Shown in pieces: positions 10,364 through 21,590 of a stretch of 64,000 nt of DNA. The position numbers and the translations under genes were made by a program. The notes under the pieces were generated by a model. That model had not been told where the DNA came from and searched no databases. It saw nothing but the letters and a program-made list of their open reading frames with translations. Location of the stretch: positions 128,001 to 192,000 of the forward strand of contig CAWCNS010000006.1 of NCBI GenBank assembly GCA_963796965.1, in the 5' to 3' direction. The stretch's first letter is position 1; each line of letters begins with the position of its first letter. This DNA comes from Calditrichia bacterium (GTDB lineage: Bacteria > Calditrichota > Calditrichia > JAJRVZ01).

Positions 10364-10882
10364 CTATAATTTTGTAAGATCTAATTCTTTTTTTGCATTT
10401 ATCACTTGGTCACCACGCCTAAGAGCAACCGTTCCAGATCTTGCCATTTCTTTTATCCCAAAAGGTAATAAGACGTTCACCGCTGCATTAACTTTAGCCG
10501 GTGGGCCAGTAACCTCTAACGTGATACTTTTGTTATTAATATCAACAACTTTACCACGAAAAATATCATTGATATTTTTTAATTCCTCGAGCCCGCCTTT
10601 CGGATAATTAACAGTTATAAGGGCTAATTCGCGTTCGGTGCGATCATTTTGTGTTAGGTCAAGAACTTTGATTGTATCAACCAAACGATTGAGTTGTTTG
10701 ACAACCTGACCGATCATCTGGTCATTTCCTGAGGTAACAATGGTCATCCGTGAAATCTCGCGGATTTCAGTTTCACCTATAGAGATACTATGTAAATTAA
10801 AGCCTTTGGCACTAAACATGGTTGCAACCCTATCAAAGGCACCAAAACTATTTTCAACCAATAGCGAAATTGTACGTTTCAT
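10364..10882 (-). CDS. ilvN: Acetolactate synthase small subunit
   Basis: N-terminal ACT domain, QLNRLVD, ERELALI; directly after ilvB. Confidence 0.93.
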   Translation of the reverse strand: MKRTISLLVENSFGAFDRVATMFSAKGFNLHSISIGETEIREISRMTIVTSGNDQMIGQVVKQLNRLVDTIKVLDLTQNDRTERELALITVNYPKGGLEELKNINDIFRGKVVDINNKSITLEVTGPPAKVNAAVNVLLPFGIKEMARSGTVALRRGDQVINAKKELDLTKL

Positions 10883-10884
10883 AA

Positions 10885-12600
10885 TTAAACCATCCTTTTA
10901 GGGTTAAGTCTTTCCAGGATCATATCTGATATGGATCCCCCCGAAGGAACCATAGGGAATACCATTTCTTCTTTTAAAACTTTGAACTCAATAAGACTGG
11001 GACCATCATTAATGGCTAACGATTTTTTAATGAGTCCATCAACCTCTTCCATTTTATCTGTTGACCATGATGGAATTTTGAGCGCTTCACCAAGTTTTAC
11101 AAAATCCGGATTGCTTGCTCCCAGATCTGTGAAACTGTACTTTTCCGCATGAAATAATTCCTGCCATTGTCGAACCATACCCAGAAAACTATTGTTGATG
11201 ATCATAAATTTGATGGGCAGTTTATAGGCAACAGCCGTAATCAACTCCTGCATATTCATCTGAAAACCACCATCTCCGCTAACTGATATAATTTGTTTAT
11301 CAGGACAACCGAAGGCGGCACCGATCGCTGCAGGCACTGAAAATCCCATCGTACCCAGACCGCCGCTGGTCAGCAATGAACGGGGATGGGTAAACTTATA
11401 GTACTGTGCTGCAATCATTTGATGCTGACCTACGTCTGTGACAACAATAGCATTTCCTTTTGTCAATTCGGAGATTCTATCAAGTACAAATTGTGGCCGC
11501 ATTTTTCCATCATCTGTTTTATATGCCAGAGGACATTCCTTCTCCCATGCTCTTATTTCCTCCCACCAGGGTTTTATTTGTGGTTTGTTTGGCATTTCAT
11601 TCATCAGTTGTGGAATGATGGTTTTTGCATCACCTACGATGGGTAAGTCTACCAGTACATTTTTATCAATCGCTGTTGGATCAATATCCACATGTATTTT
11701 AAATGCATCCGTCGCAAAAGTGTCCACTTTGCCAGTTACACGGTCATCAAAACGTGCACCAAGGGAAACCAGAACGTCACAATTATTTACAGCCTGATTT
11801 GCCCAGTAGGTGCCATGCATACCAAGCATGCCTAATGACTGCTTATCTCTACCGGGATATGCACCTAATCCTAATAAGGTCATTGTTACAGGCAGATTGA
11901 ACTTTTTAGCAAATGCTGTGAGCTCAGGGCCAGCATTAGCCATTATGACACCGCCACCTACATAAAGAAGAGGTTTTTTCGCAGCTGCAATAATGCGCGC
12001 GGCTTTTTTTATCTGATTGAGGTGACCACCATAAGTTGGTTTATATCCTCTGATTGATGCTTTAGCAGGATAGATAAATTCCGCTTCCGTGGCAATCATG
12101 TTTTTAGGTAAATCAACAAGAACTGGACCAGGTCTGCCTGAAGAAGCAATATAAAATGCTTTTTGTATTGTTGATGCAAGGTCCTTAACATCTCGTACCA
12201 GAAAGCTATGTTTGGTGATCGGTCTTGTGATTCCAATTATATCGGCTTCCTGGAAAGCATCATTTCCAATTAAATGAGTGGGCACCTGTCCGGTAAATAC
12301 GACAATCGGTACTGAATCCAAATAAGCATCCGCAATACCCGTTACCGTATTTGTTGCACCAGGACCTGAAGTAACCAGAACGACACCAACCTTCCCAGTT
12401 GCCTTGGCATATCCTTCTGCCATGTGGGTAGCGCCTTGCTCGTGTCTAACCAGAATATGTTTTAGAAAATCGATATCATAAAGACGCTCATAAATCTTTA
12501 ATGTGGAGCCCCCAGGATATCCAAAAATATATTCTACTTTTTCCTTCTTCAAGGACTCAAAAAATATATCTGCACCCGACATCTTTGTCTTTTTCGTCAT
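10885..12600 (-). CDS. ilvB: Acetolactate synthase large subunit
   Basis: FGYPGG, RHEQGA, SGPGATN, GMHG and the GDGGFQMN ThDP motif. Confidence 0.96.
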   Translation of the reverse strand: MTKKTKMSGADIFFESLKKEKVEYIFGYPGGSTLKIYERLYDIDFLKHILVRHEQGATHMAEGYAKATGKVGVVLVTSGPGATNTVTGIADAYLDSVPIVVFTGQVPTHLIGNDAFQEADIIGITRPITKHSFLVRDVKDLASTIQKAFYIASSGRPGPVLVDLPKNMIATEAEFIYPAKASIRGYKPTYGGHLNQIKKAARIIAAAKKPLLYVGGGVIMANAGPELTAFAKKFNLPVTMTLLGLGAYPGRDKQSLGMLGMHGTYWANQAVNNCDVLVSLGARFDDRVTGKVDTFATDAFKIHVDIDPTAIDKNVLVDLPIVGDAKTIIPQLMNEMPNKPQIKPWWEEIRAWEKECPLAYKTDDGKMRPQFVLDRISELTKGNAIVVTDVGQHQMIAAQYYKFTHPRSLLTSGGLGTMGFSVPAAIGAAFGCPDKQIISVSGDGGFQMNMQELITAVAYKLPIKFMIINNSFLGMVRQWQELFHAEKYSFTDLGASNPDFVKLGEALKIPSWSTDKMEEVDGLIKKSLAINDGPSLIEFKVLKEEMVFPMVPSGGSISDMILERLNPKRMV

Positions 12601-12616
12601 GATTTATCCTCTTGAA

Positions 12617-14305
12617 TCATTTAGTTCCCGGAACCTGTAACACGGCACCTGTGTTTGCTGATGACACCATATGTGCATAACGTGCCAGATATCCTTTTTT
12701 TATTTTCAGCTCAAATTTTGGTTTGTCTTTCAACCGGCTTTTTATTTCTTCATCTGTAAGTTGTACATTTAATGTATTTTCAGGTATATTAATCGAAATG
12801 ATATCGCCATCCTCAAGCGCAGCAATCGGACCATTGTCTGCAGCCTCAGGTGATATATGCCCAATACATGCTCCCCTGGTACCGCCCGAGAATCGCCCGT
12901 CTGTTAGAAGGGCCACCTTGTCTCCCAGCCTCATTCCCATAATAGCACTTGTTGGTGTCAACATCTCTGGCATACCGGGACCCCCTCTTGGGCCCTCATA
13001 ACGGATAACTACAACCATCCCTGCTTTTATTTCACCTCCCAGGATTCCTTTAACAGCATCTTCCTGAGATTCATATATTTTTGCCGGTCCGGAATGTACC
13101 AGCATTTCCGGTTCAACGGCAGCGGTTTTTACGATCGAACCATCAGGGGCAATATTGCCAAACAAAATAGCCAATCCTCCTGTAACTGAAAAGGGATTTT
13201 CTAGTTCCCTGATAACTTGTGTGTTCTGATTTACAGCCTCCGCAATGTTCTGCCCTAAAGATTCTCCAGTAACCGTTGGTTGCGAAGTATCGATAAGTCC
13301 TTCACGTTTTGACAATTCTTTCAATATGGCAGATATACCTCCTGCATTTTCCACATCTTCCATATGAACATCACGTGTAGCCGGACTCACTTTACAGATA
13401 TAAGGTACCTTTTTGGACAACTCATTCAGATCAGCCAAATCAATTTTTAGTCCCAGTTCAGTGGCGATTGCGAGAGAATGAAGAATCGTATTTGTGCTGC
13501 CGCCCATTGCCATATCCAAAGCAAAAGCATTGTTAAATGCGGCCCGAGTCATTATTTTTGATGGTTTTAAATCTTCTTCGACCATCCCGATAATCCGGCG
13601 ACCTGCTTTTTTTGCTAATTCATGTCGTCTCTCATCCACTGCCAGGATGGAACCATTCCCGGGTAAAGCGACCCCCAGGGCTTCCATCAAACAATTCATA
13701 GAATTCGCCGTAAACATTCCCGAACAAGAACCACATGTAGGGCATGCAAATGATTCCAGTTCTTTTAATTGCTCCTCATTTATCTCTCCGGTCTGATAAC
13801 TTCCGACTCCTTCAAAAACAGAGATTAGATCAATTTTTTCTCCCGCTTTCGTCCGTCCCGCTTTCATCGGACCACCAGAGATAAAAATTACCGGAATATC
13901 CATACGGGCTGCTGCCATCAGCATTCCAGGTACGATCTTATCACAATTGGGTATACAAACTAATCCGTCCAGACGGTGTGCTTCTGTGACCGTTTCAACT
14001 GAATCCGCAATAAGCTCACGGCTGGCTAAAGAGTACCGCATACCTAAATGCCCCATGGCAATTCCATCATCAACCCCGATAGTGTTAAATTCAAAGGGCA
14101 CACCACCAGCTTCACGAACAGCCTCCTTCACTATCTTTCCAAATTCCTGAAGATGCACATGACCCGGGATGAGATCAATATATGAATTACAAACCCCTAT
14201 AAATGGTTTATCGAAATCACTATCATCTCTGATAACACCAGTAGCTCGGAGAAGACTTCTGTGAGGAGCCTTTTCGAATCCTTTTTTAATTAAATCAGAT
14301 CTCAT
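12617..14305 (-). CDS. ilvD: Dihydroxy-acid dehydratase
   Basis: [40 protein letters not shown]; start MRSD with GAGG SD. Confidence 0.96.
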   Translation of the reverse strand: MRSDLIKKGFEKAPHRSLLRATGVIRDDSDFDKPFIGVCNSYIDLIPGHVHLQEFGKIVKEAVREAGGVPFEFNTIGVDDGIAMGHLGMRYSLASRELIADSVETVTEAHRLDGLVCIPNCDKIVPGMLMAAARMDIPVIFISGGPMKAGRTKAGEKIDLISVFEGVGSYQTGEINEEQLKELESFACPTCGSCSGMFTANSMNCLMEALGVALPGNGSILAVDERRHELAKKAGRRIIGMVEEDLKPSKIMTRAAFNNAFALDMAMGGSTNTILHSLAIATELGLKIDLADLNELSKKVPYICKVSPATRDVHMEDVENAGGISAILKELSKREGLIDTSQPTVTGESLGQNIAEAVNQNTQVIRELENPFSVTGGLAILFGNIAPDGSIVKTAAVEPEMLVHSGPAKIYESQEDAVKGILGGEIKAGMVVVIRYEGPRGGPGMPEMLTPTSAIMGMRLGDKVALLTDGRFSGGTRGACIGHISPEAADNGPIAALEDGDIISINIPENTLNVQLTDEEIKSRLKDKPKFELKIKKGYLARYAHMVSSANTGAVLQVPGTK

Positions 14306-14418
14306 ATAGACCTCTGCATATTTCAATTAATTTTGATAATACATACCTCTGCGAGGTCAACCCCAAATTTGAATTTTAATATTAACGGAAACTCAATGTG
14401 AGTGGGATTGACCGATTC

Positions 14419-14565
14419 TTAACCGATCAGTAGAATCAGGCTAATAATCAGAATCCCAATAAGAAGGATCAGAGGGAGTAAAGATAATACGATCACACGG
14501 CCACTTACAGGAAGAGAGGCGCTTAAATCATTTAACAAAAATATATTTTCTGCCGCGTTTTGCAT
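14419..14565 (-). CDS. Ile/Leu/Val-rich leader peptide of the ilv-leu operon (48 aa)
   Basis: MQNAAENIFLLNDLSASLPVSGRVIVLSLLPLILLIGILIISLILLIG; 20 of codons 24-47 are I/L/V; sits directly upstream of ilvD. Confidence 0.78.
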   Translation of the reverse strand: MQNAAENIFLLNDLSASLPVSGRVIVLSLLPLILLIGILIISLILLIG

Positions 14566-14598
14566 AATTATTCGCTATTATTAATAAAATTGCTTGCT

Positions 14599-14627
14599 AA
14601 ATTAAAGAAATAAAACTGATATATCAA
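14599..14627 (-). promoter_or_regulatory. Putative sigma70 promoter of the ilv leader
   Basis: TTGATA-17 bp-TAATTT on the minus strand; the AT-rich context lowers confidence. Confidence 0.4.
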
Positions 14628-14671
14628 CTATTAAAGGGATATTTTTGCTCTTTATTCAATCAATTCTTTAC

Positions 14672-17600
14672 CTATGAACGATTTTTTTCCATCCACTGAT
14701 ACAAAGTTGGCAATACGAGTAATGTCAACATCGTTGCAGTAATTAGGCCTCCAATCACAACAGTTGCGAGCGGCCGTTGTACTTCTGAGCCCGGGCCGGT
14801 GTTAAAAGCCATAGGAATAAACCCCAAACTGGCAACTAACGCCGTCATTAAAACAGGACGAAGACGATTTGTTGCACCTTCTAAAACAGCTTCACGTAAG
14901 GTGATACCTTTTTCCCTCAATTCGTTTAGGTGCGCTACAAGAACAATACCATTTAAAACTGCGACACCAAATAAGGCAACAAAACCAATACTGGCAGAAA
15001 CTGAAAGATATAATCCCCGAATATAAAGAAGAAAAATACCTCCTGATAAAGCAAAAGGAAGATTTACAAAGATTAAAATAGCGTACCTGATTTGTCCAAA
15101 CATTAGGTACAATAATCCCATTATGATGAGCAAGGTAAGGGGTACTACAATCATTAGATGTTCCATGGCTCTTTGCTGATTCTCAAATGCTCCTCCAAAT
15201 TCAAGAAAATAGCCCCCTGGTATATTCGCCTTTTTATCAATTGCTCTCTGCAAATTAGTAACATAAGTTCCAATATCAATATCACGAAGATTTATTCCTA
15301 CAATAACACGGCGCCATCCATTCTCACGAGCAATTTCCCGGGGTCCTTCCTGGGCACGAATATCCGCGAGCCTTTTCAGAGGTATAAATCCGCCTGTTGG
15401 TAAGAAAACCGGCGTTTCCGTAATCTTTTCAAAATTATTACGAATATCTTCTGGCAATCGTACAACAATATCGAATCGCCGCTGTCCTTCAAATACTTCA
15501 CTTGCCGTTGCCCCTCCAATGCCAACCTCAATAACACGTTGAACATCATTAACATTTATTCCATGAGAAGCAACAGCAGCCCGATCAATATTAATAGTCA
15601 AATAGGGTTGTCCTATGGTTTGCTCAATATAGACATTATCAGTACCAGGTAATTCTTTTGATATTTGAAGAATATCTTCCCCTATCTTATTTAATATCTC
15701 TAACTCTTCACCAAATATTTTCACCGCAACATCTGATTTCACACCACTGGTTAATTCATCCACACGCATTGCAATGGGTTGAGTAAAGTTATATGACAAA
15801 CCAGGCTCGGTAGTTAATAAGGGGGCTATTTCCTCAATTATTTTATCCTTTGTTACACCACTACGCCACTCATCAGGATCCTTCAATAAGACCCACACAT
15901 CCGTCTGATGAACCCCCATCCAATCATTCGCCAAATCTGATCGTCCTGTTTTTGGAACAACAGTTTCAACCTCGGGAATTCGTTGTTTTATTATTCCAGC
16001 CAACCAGTTTGCATTTTCAACTGATTCTTTAAGGGTTACACTGGGCATTCGAACCTGTTCTACCAGAATTGAACCTTCCTCAAGTTCAGGAAGGAATTCT
16101 GTCCCCAAAAAAGGCATTAAAATCAGGGAGAAAGCAAAAACTACAACCGCAATTGTTATAATTGTTCCTTTATTATCGAGGTTTTTTTCTAAAAATTGCC
16201 TATAGCGAGGCCGAAGCCAATCCATCAGGTAATTTTTGCGAATTTTTACCCCTTTCCGAAAAACAAAAGCAGAAAGTGCCGGCACATAAACCAATGCCAA
16301 GATCAATGAACCGAAAACAGCCGCGGCCACTGTTATTGCCATCGGCCGATATAAAATTCCTTCCATACCACTAAATGTCATAATAGGGACATAAACCATA
16401 AGAATAATCATCACACCAAAAAATATAGGTCTGGAAACCTCGGAGGCAGCGTCACGAATGATTTCAATTTTACTCTTCTGTTCATCAGTTTGTAACCTGT
16501 GAACTATGTTTTCAACCATAACCACCGATCCATCAACCACCATTCCAAAGTCAATAGCCCCAAGACTCATCAAATTAGCAGCAAGGCCAAATTCGCGCAT
16601 ACCTATAAAAGCAAATAACATGGAGAAGGGTATCACTGAAGCAACAATCAATGCACCTTTTATTTCACCTAAAAGTAATAGCAAGACCACAATGACGAAG
16701 AATCCACCCTCAATTAAGTTGGTGGTTACTGTTCCCGTTGTCCGATCAACCAAATCTGATTGATCATAAAATTTTTCAATCATCACTCCCTGAGGAAGAC
16801 TTTTATTAATTTGATCTACCCGTTCGTGAATGGCATGAATAACGTTACGACTATTACCCCCACGTATCATCATCACGATGCCTGTTACAACCTCACCTTT
16901 ACCATCCTGCGTAACGGCTCCCTGCCTTAATTGCTTTCCAATCGTTACTCTTGCTATATCCCTAATAAAAACGGCTCTCTGATCTAATTCAGTCACTATA
17001 ATATTTTCGATATCCTGCCTATCCCGGATTTGCCCGAAGCCCCTTATAATATATTGTTCGCGGTTATGTTCAAGGTAATTTCCTCCAGAGACACTATTAT
17101 TATTTGAAATTGCATCCATAATATCTTTTAGCCCAATACCAAATGTTCTTAACTTTCCCGGTATAATAATTACTTCATATTGTTTTACAAATCCCCCAAA
17201 GGCTGTTATTTCTGTTACCCCCTTGATGGTTTTTAACTGTGGTGCAATCAACCAGTCCTGAATTGTCCTCAGTTCAGTTAGTGAATATCCAGGTCCACGT
17301 ACAACATACTGATAAATCTCTCCAAGAGCTGTAGAAATTGGACCTAATTGCGGAGATGAGACGCCCTCCGGAAGATCATCCACAATACTTTGCAATCGCT
17401 GCGAAACCATCTGGCGAGCAAAATAAATATCTGTTTGTTCATCAAATTCCACTGTGACAGCAGAGAGACCAAACTGGGATATTGATCGAACCTCCTTGAC
17501 CGACGGCAAACCATTCATCGATGTCTCTATTGGATAACTCACTAATTTCTCAACATCATAGGGTGAATAGCGACCTGCCTTGGTAATAACCAATACCTGT

Positions 17601-17740
17601 ACCGGAGTTACATCAGGAAGTGAGTTTATTGGAATACTGGTGAGTGCCTGGAATCCGGCGAATGCCATTAATCCAACGAGTGATAATGCAACCACTTTCT
17701 GTTTCAGGCTAAAATCTATTATGTTATTTAGAATATTCAT
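14672..17740 (-). CDS. czcA: CzcA/CusA family heavy-metal RND efflux permease
   Basis: 1022 aa RND architecture; TM4 motif SLGAIDFGMVVDGSVVMVEN is the CzcA (divalent cation) type; RLRPVLMTA. Confidence 0.88.
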   Translation of the reverse strand: MNILNNIIDFSLKQKVVALSLVGLMAFAGFQALTSIPINSLPDVTPVQVLVITKAGRYSPYDVEKLVSYPIETSMNGLPSVKEVRSISQFGLSAVTVEFDEQTDIYFARQMVSQRLQSIVDDLPEGVSSPQLGPISTALGEIYQYVVRGPGYSLTELRTIQDWLIAPQLKTIKGVTEITAFGGFVKQYEVIIIPGKLRTFGIGLKDIMDAISNNNSVSGGNYLEHNREQYIIRGFGQIRDRQDIENIIVTELDQRAVFIRDIARVTIGKQLRQGAVTQDGKGEVVTGIVMMIRGGNSRNVIHAIHERVDQINKSLPQGVMIEKFYDQSDLVDRTTGTVTTNLIEGGFFVIVVLLLLLGEIKGALIVASVIPFSMLFAFIGMREFGLAANLMSLGAIDFGMVVDGSVVMVENIVHRLQTDEQKSKIEIIRDAASEVSRPIFFGVMIILMVYVPIMTFSGMEGILYRPMAITVAAAVFGSLILALVYVPALSAFVFRKGVKIRKNYLMDWLRPRYRQFLEKNLDNKGTIITIAVVVFAFSLILMPFLGTEFLPELEEGSILVEQVRMPSVTLKESVENANWLAGIIKQRIPEVETVVPKTGRSDLANDWMGVHQTDVWVLLKDPDEWRSGVTKDKIIEEIAPLLTTEPGLSYNFTQPIAMRVDELTSGVKSDVAVKIFGEELEILNKIGEDILQISKELPGTDNVYIEQTIGQPYLTINIDRAAVASHGINVNDVQRVIEVGIGGATASEVFEGQRRFDIVVRLPEDIRNNFEKITETPVFLPTGGFIPLKRLADIRAQEGPREIARENGWRRVIVGINLRDIDIGTYVTNLQRAIDKKANIPGGYFLEFGGAFENQQRAMEHLMIVVPLTLLIIMGLLYLMFGQIRYAILIFVNLPFALSGGIFLLYIRGLYLSVSASIGFVALFGVAVLNGIVLVAHLNELREKGITLREAVLEGATNRLRPVLMTALVASLGFIPMAFNTGPGSEVQRPLATVVIGGLITATMLTLLVLPTLYQWMEKNRS

Positions 17741-17779
17741 TTAATTTCCGATCAAATAACTAAAATTCAATTGCTCTTA

Positions 17780-18977
17780 CTATTCACCAAATTCTTCAAA
17801 TTTACTGAGAGCTTTGAGACTAAAAACCTGGCTGATTGCCAGGACTTCATTTCCCTTTAATCCTGATTCAACGATCGCCGCTTTACCTGTAAGTCTTTGT
17901 ACTTTGATATATCTTTTTTCATAGTTATTTGGATCCAATTGTACAAATACAGTGGGCAGATCCCCTTCATATTCGACGGCAGACAGGGGTACAGAAATAA
18001 CTGGCTCTGGTGTTGTTACTTTAATATTGAGACGTACATTTTGACCAGGTCTAGGCCATTGTTTAAGCGATTTTGTAATGACATTGATTGTGACTGATTT
18101 ATTGATTGGATCAAGTACGGGATTGATTGTTGTTATCTCTGACAAGAGCTTCTGTTCTTTAAAATCCTTTTGTGTTATTTCAACCGGATCACCAGGTTTA
18201 ACAAGACTACCATCCTCGGGTGATGCATAGCCTTTAATTAATACTTTTTTTAGATCAATAATTGTCATCATTTTTTCATAATTACTAACCGCTTGTCCAT
18301 GATCAATGAGGTGTTCCGTGATTATTCCATTTATTGGAGCATAAACTTTTAAAAAAGGTTGATCTGTTCTTCCTGTATCCCATATATCGATTTGAGCCTG
18401 TTTTACACCAATAGAGAGCAATCGTGTATGTGCAGCTTGTGCAGCAGCGCTTGCACGGGCATAATCAGCTTCTACTTTTTCAAGACTACGTTCAGGACTT
18501 ATTTTTTTATTCACGAGCAAATTTATTCGCTCTAACTGGTTTGCTTGATAGAGTTTTTCTGCTCTCGTTTGGAGATAATCCGAAACAAAATTGGCAAATT
18601 CCAGACTCTCTAATTCCAATAATAATTGTCCTTTCTTTACTGTTTCACCTTCATGAGCATACAAACCAACAATCCTTCCTTGAATTGGGGCACTTACTAA
18701 TGAAATATTATCAGGAGCTGGAAGGGATATCCCAGGGATTGTCAAAATATAGGAGAAATTATCTGTAACAAGTTGTTGCGTCTCTATGTTCAGAGAATTG
18801 CGTTGTTTATCAGTTAATTCGATTTTCTGGTTTTCTACTACTGCTTCTGATTGCAACGAAGGAGGTAGATCATTTGTTTGCTTTTCTTGTTCATTCAGAG
18901 CTATCACTACTACAAGAGATAAACACCAATAGAGATAGTATCACCAATAAGCTTTTCATATCAACTATAATTCTCAT
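17780..18977 (-). CDS. RND periplasmic adaptor (CzcB-like); N-terminal lipoprotein signal out of frame
   Basis: Barrel-sandwich motifs (GETVKKGQLL, APING). Upstream ATG 18977 encodes MRIIVDMKSLLVILSLLVFISC in another frame, implying an indel near 18890-18910. Confidence 0.85.
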
Positions 18978-18999
18978 TATAACCTCAACATTTATGAGT

Positions 19000-20268
19000 C
19001 TAATTGCCACAATTGATTGGATCGTTAGAAAATACAAGATCTTTTTGCAAATATTTTTCCAATTCAATCAATCGAAGATAATAGGTTTTTAAAATATCAA
19101 AATAATTTTTTTCAGAATTCAAATAGGTCCTTTGCGCTTCAAGAAGAGTAAGTTGGTCAATCTCACCAATTAGATATCCTTCCATCGTTAAATCACGCAA
19201 CCGAGCAGACTTTTGTCTGACCTGATTATGATATCTTACAATCCCTGCCTTCGCTACTTCATAGCTATGCCAGGATATTTCCAATTTTCTTTTTAATTCA
19301 AGACTTACTTCCGTTTTTTGCCACTCCCAATACCTTTCCTGTGCCTTGGCCATTTGAATTTTTCCCCGCTGATTGAAAGGGAACCATAATGGTATAGAGA
19401 AACCTACCTGATAACCATAATAATCAAATCCCTGGCCATAATTTTGTTGGTAATAACTTAAATCGAGTTTCGGGAGAAAACTTGACCAGGCTTCATTAAC
19501 ACCATAACCTGTCGAGAGATACTTTTTATTGGTACTTTCGTATTCTGGTTGATTCTTCAATGACGCCATCGCTTCTGCCTGATCAACAGTGACTTCAACA
19601 TAGACCAGGGTGTCCGGAAAACTAATTTGGTAATGTTGATCTTCTGGATCCAGACCGATAGTTTTAAACAATGTATATCGCGCTTCATGAAAAGCACGTC
19701 TGGCTTCATCAACCTCATTCTCTGATTGCGCATATAAAATATCCGCTTTCATTAAATCCAGATCTGATGATTCGCCCACTTCGAGCCTTGTTATAGCAGC
19801 AAATCGCAGTTTTTCGGCTATATTCAACTGCTCTTCCCTCAAATGTAGTAATTCAAGGGCATAGGCCAGTTCTGTATAATGGCTTTTAATTATCAATTTC
19901 AATCGTAAACATGCTGCCAGCAATTGTTCTTTCAATGTTTCTTCTTCAAGAGATACCTTTTGTAATCGATAGAAACTGGTTAGCGGAAAATCCAGGGACT
20001 GTTCAATGGTCCATCTTCTCTCAGTAAAGCCGCCGTTACTTTGCCGATCAATACCTTCATCAAAGTAAATGATTTTAGGATCTTCTATACCGAAAGAAGA
20101 CCACCATTCAGCACTTTTCTCTTCAATTCTTTGACGTAATTGATTGATCTGTGGATTTTTTTGCCGTGCTATTTCCAGAGCCTTACTTACAGTTAATTCA
20201 TTCTCTGATGCTATCGACAAGCTAATAAAGAGCAAAATATAAAATAATATTTTGGTAATATTTTTCAT
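19000..20268 (-). CDS. TolC/CzcC family outer membrane efflux protein
   Basis: Signal peptide, helical repeats, GFSIPLW, GEIDQLTLLEAQR; operon position. Confidence 0.88.
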   Translation of the reverse strand: MKNITKILFYILLFISLSIASENELTVSKALEIARQKNPQINQLRQRIEEKSAEWWSSFGIEDPKIIYFDEGIDRQSNGGFTERRWTIEQSLDFPLTSFYRLQKVSLEEETLKEQLLAACLRLKLIIKSHYTELAYALELLHLREEQLNIAEKLRFAAITRLEVGESSDLDLMKADILYAQSENEVDEARRAFHEARYTLFKTIGLDPEDQHYQISFPDTLVYVEVTVDQAEAMASLKNQPEYESTNKKYLSTGYGVNEAWSSFLPKLDLSYYQQNYGQGFDYYGYQVGFSIPLWFPFNQRGKIQMAKAQERYWEWQKTEVSLELKRKLEISWHSYEVAKAGIVRYHNQVRQKSARLRDLTMEGYLIGEIDQLTLLEAQRTYLNSEKNYFDILKTYYLRLIELEKYLQKDLVFSNDPINCGN

Positions 20269-20342
20269 GTTTAATATGTAATCCTTAGATTAATTTTGAT
20301 TCAAACTACCCGAATCTTTCAAGAATAACCGACTTTATTAAG

Positions 20343-21182
20343 CTATTCTTTTTTATCCAAAATTATATTTACAATATCAATTGGTAATAAATCATTGTTA
20401 CCAGCAACAGATCGTATCGTATCATCAGAGTCAGCTTTTATCCCAGCTGCAGACAAACGCTTTCGGGCGATTATTACAGTTATATTTTCTTCCTGGGCAA
20501 TCTGTCTAATGGTTTTTCTGCCATATCCTTTACCTTGATGAGATTTGGTTCCAGTAAATTGTCCCCGGGGCGCTATTTTTCTAAACAATTCATTTGGTGA
20601 GAAATCATATTCCTCTGCCAGATCTTTAATTATTGCATTGGGGGACGCATTAATTCCCTGTTCTTTCAGTAATTGTATTAACTGATCGGGTTCAATTTTT
20701 AGGGTACCTGCCAGCTGCTCTACTGTCAATTCTTCGGCATGGGGAATTGGTGGCTCATCTGATTCAGTAGACCATGTATTTTTCATTGATTCACCAAATT
20801 CTATCACGTTTTTAAATGGTGGGATATCCCATAGTACCAATATAAACAACCCGATTGTGAGTACCGAGGCATAAAATAATTCCTGTTTGAGACGATACCT
20901 TTTACTTAATTTATCTTTGAGATAAGAAATGAAAGGTGACCAATTGAAATATAGATGAAATGCGCTTGCAACAATAAATGAAAACGTAAAGATAATATGC
21001 AATGCTTGCCACTGATGCTTTTCAAATCCAATAATAGGAATATATGCCCATTTTGCAATCCGTCCAGGAGGAGCAATATACAATACGAGACCAGAGACAA
21101 TAATAACCAGGAAAGATATGGTTATATATAAACTGGTAAAACTCCGCCATTTAAATTTATTTATCTCAATATCTGTCATCAT
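20343..21182 (-). CDS. DUF4405-type membrane protein
   Basis: SGLVLYIAP, WQALH, HLYFNW His-containing TM helices and repeated C-terminal segments. Confidence 0.7.
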   Translation of the reverse strand: MMTDIEINKFKWRSFTSLYITISFLVIIVSGLVLYIAPPGRIAKWAYIPIIGFEKHQWQALHIIFTFSFIVASAFHLYFNWSPFISYLKDKLSKRYRLKQELFYASVLTIGLFILVLWDIPPFKNVIEFGESMKNTWSTESDEPPIPHAEELTVEQLAGTLKIEPDQLIQLLKEQGINASPNAIIKDLAEEYDFSPNELFRKIAPRGQFTGTKSHQGKGYGRKTIRQIAQEENITVIIARKRLSAAGIKADSDDTIRSVAGNNDLLPIDIVNIILDKKE

Positions 21183-21590
21183 AATTCCTTATAAATATGA
21201 TCTCTGGATACAAAAGTTTAATACATTTATGTATCGTGAAAATAATTTCATTTACTAATTTCTGAATTATTGAATTTTAAATCAACATATCATTTAAACT
21301 GGAATATATTAATTAATTGAATTATAATTCCTCAAACAATTCTATAATTTTTTAACCTGGTGAAATTCCTAAAGTATAATAATTCCTCACAATATATGAT
21401 GGTATAATATTGCAAAAGATACAAATACTATTTAAAGTTGTCTGATCATACAGCATAATCAATATTGCCGGAAAGATCTGAGAATAAACAAACTTTTGGA
21501 TATTAAATAAGTTGTATATGATCTGGCTATTATTATCTAACACTTTACAATTCACAAAGCCGGCAATTTCATAAAACAATAACCACTTAA

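Noticed and set aside
21300..21340. Fur/Zur-like box upstream of the efflux operon (GAATTATAATTC)
   Set aside because: An AT-rich palindrome in a very AT-rich spacer, with a poor match to known boxes.
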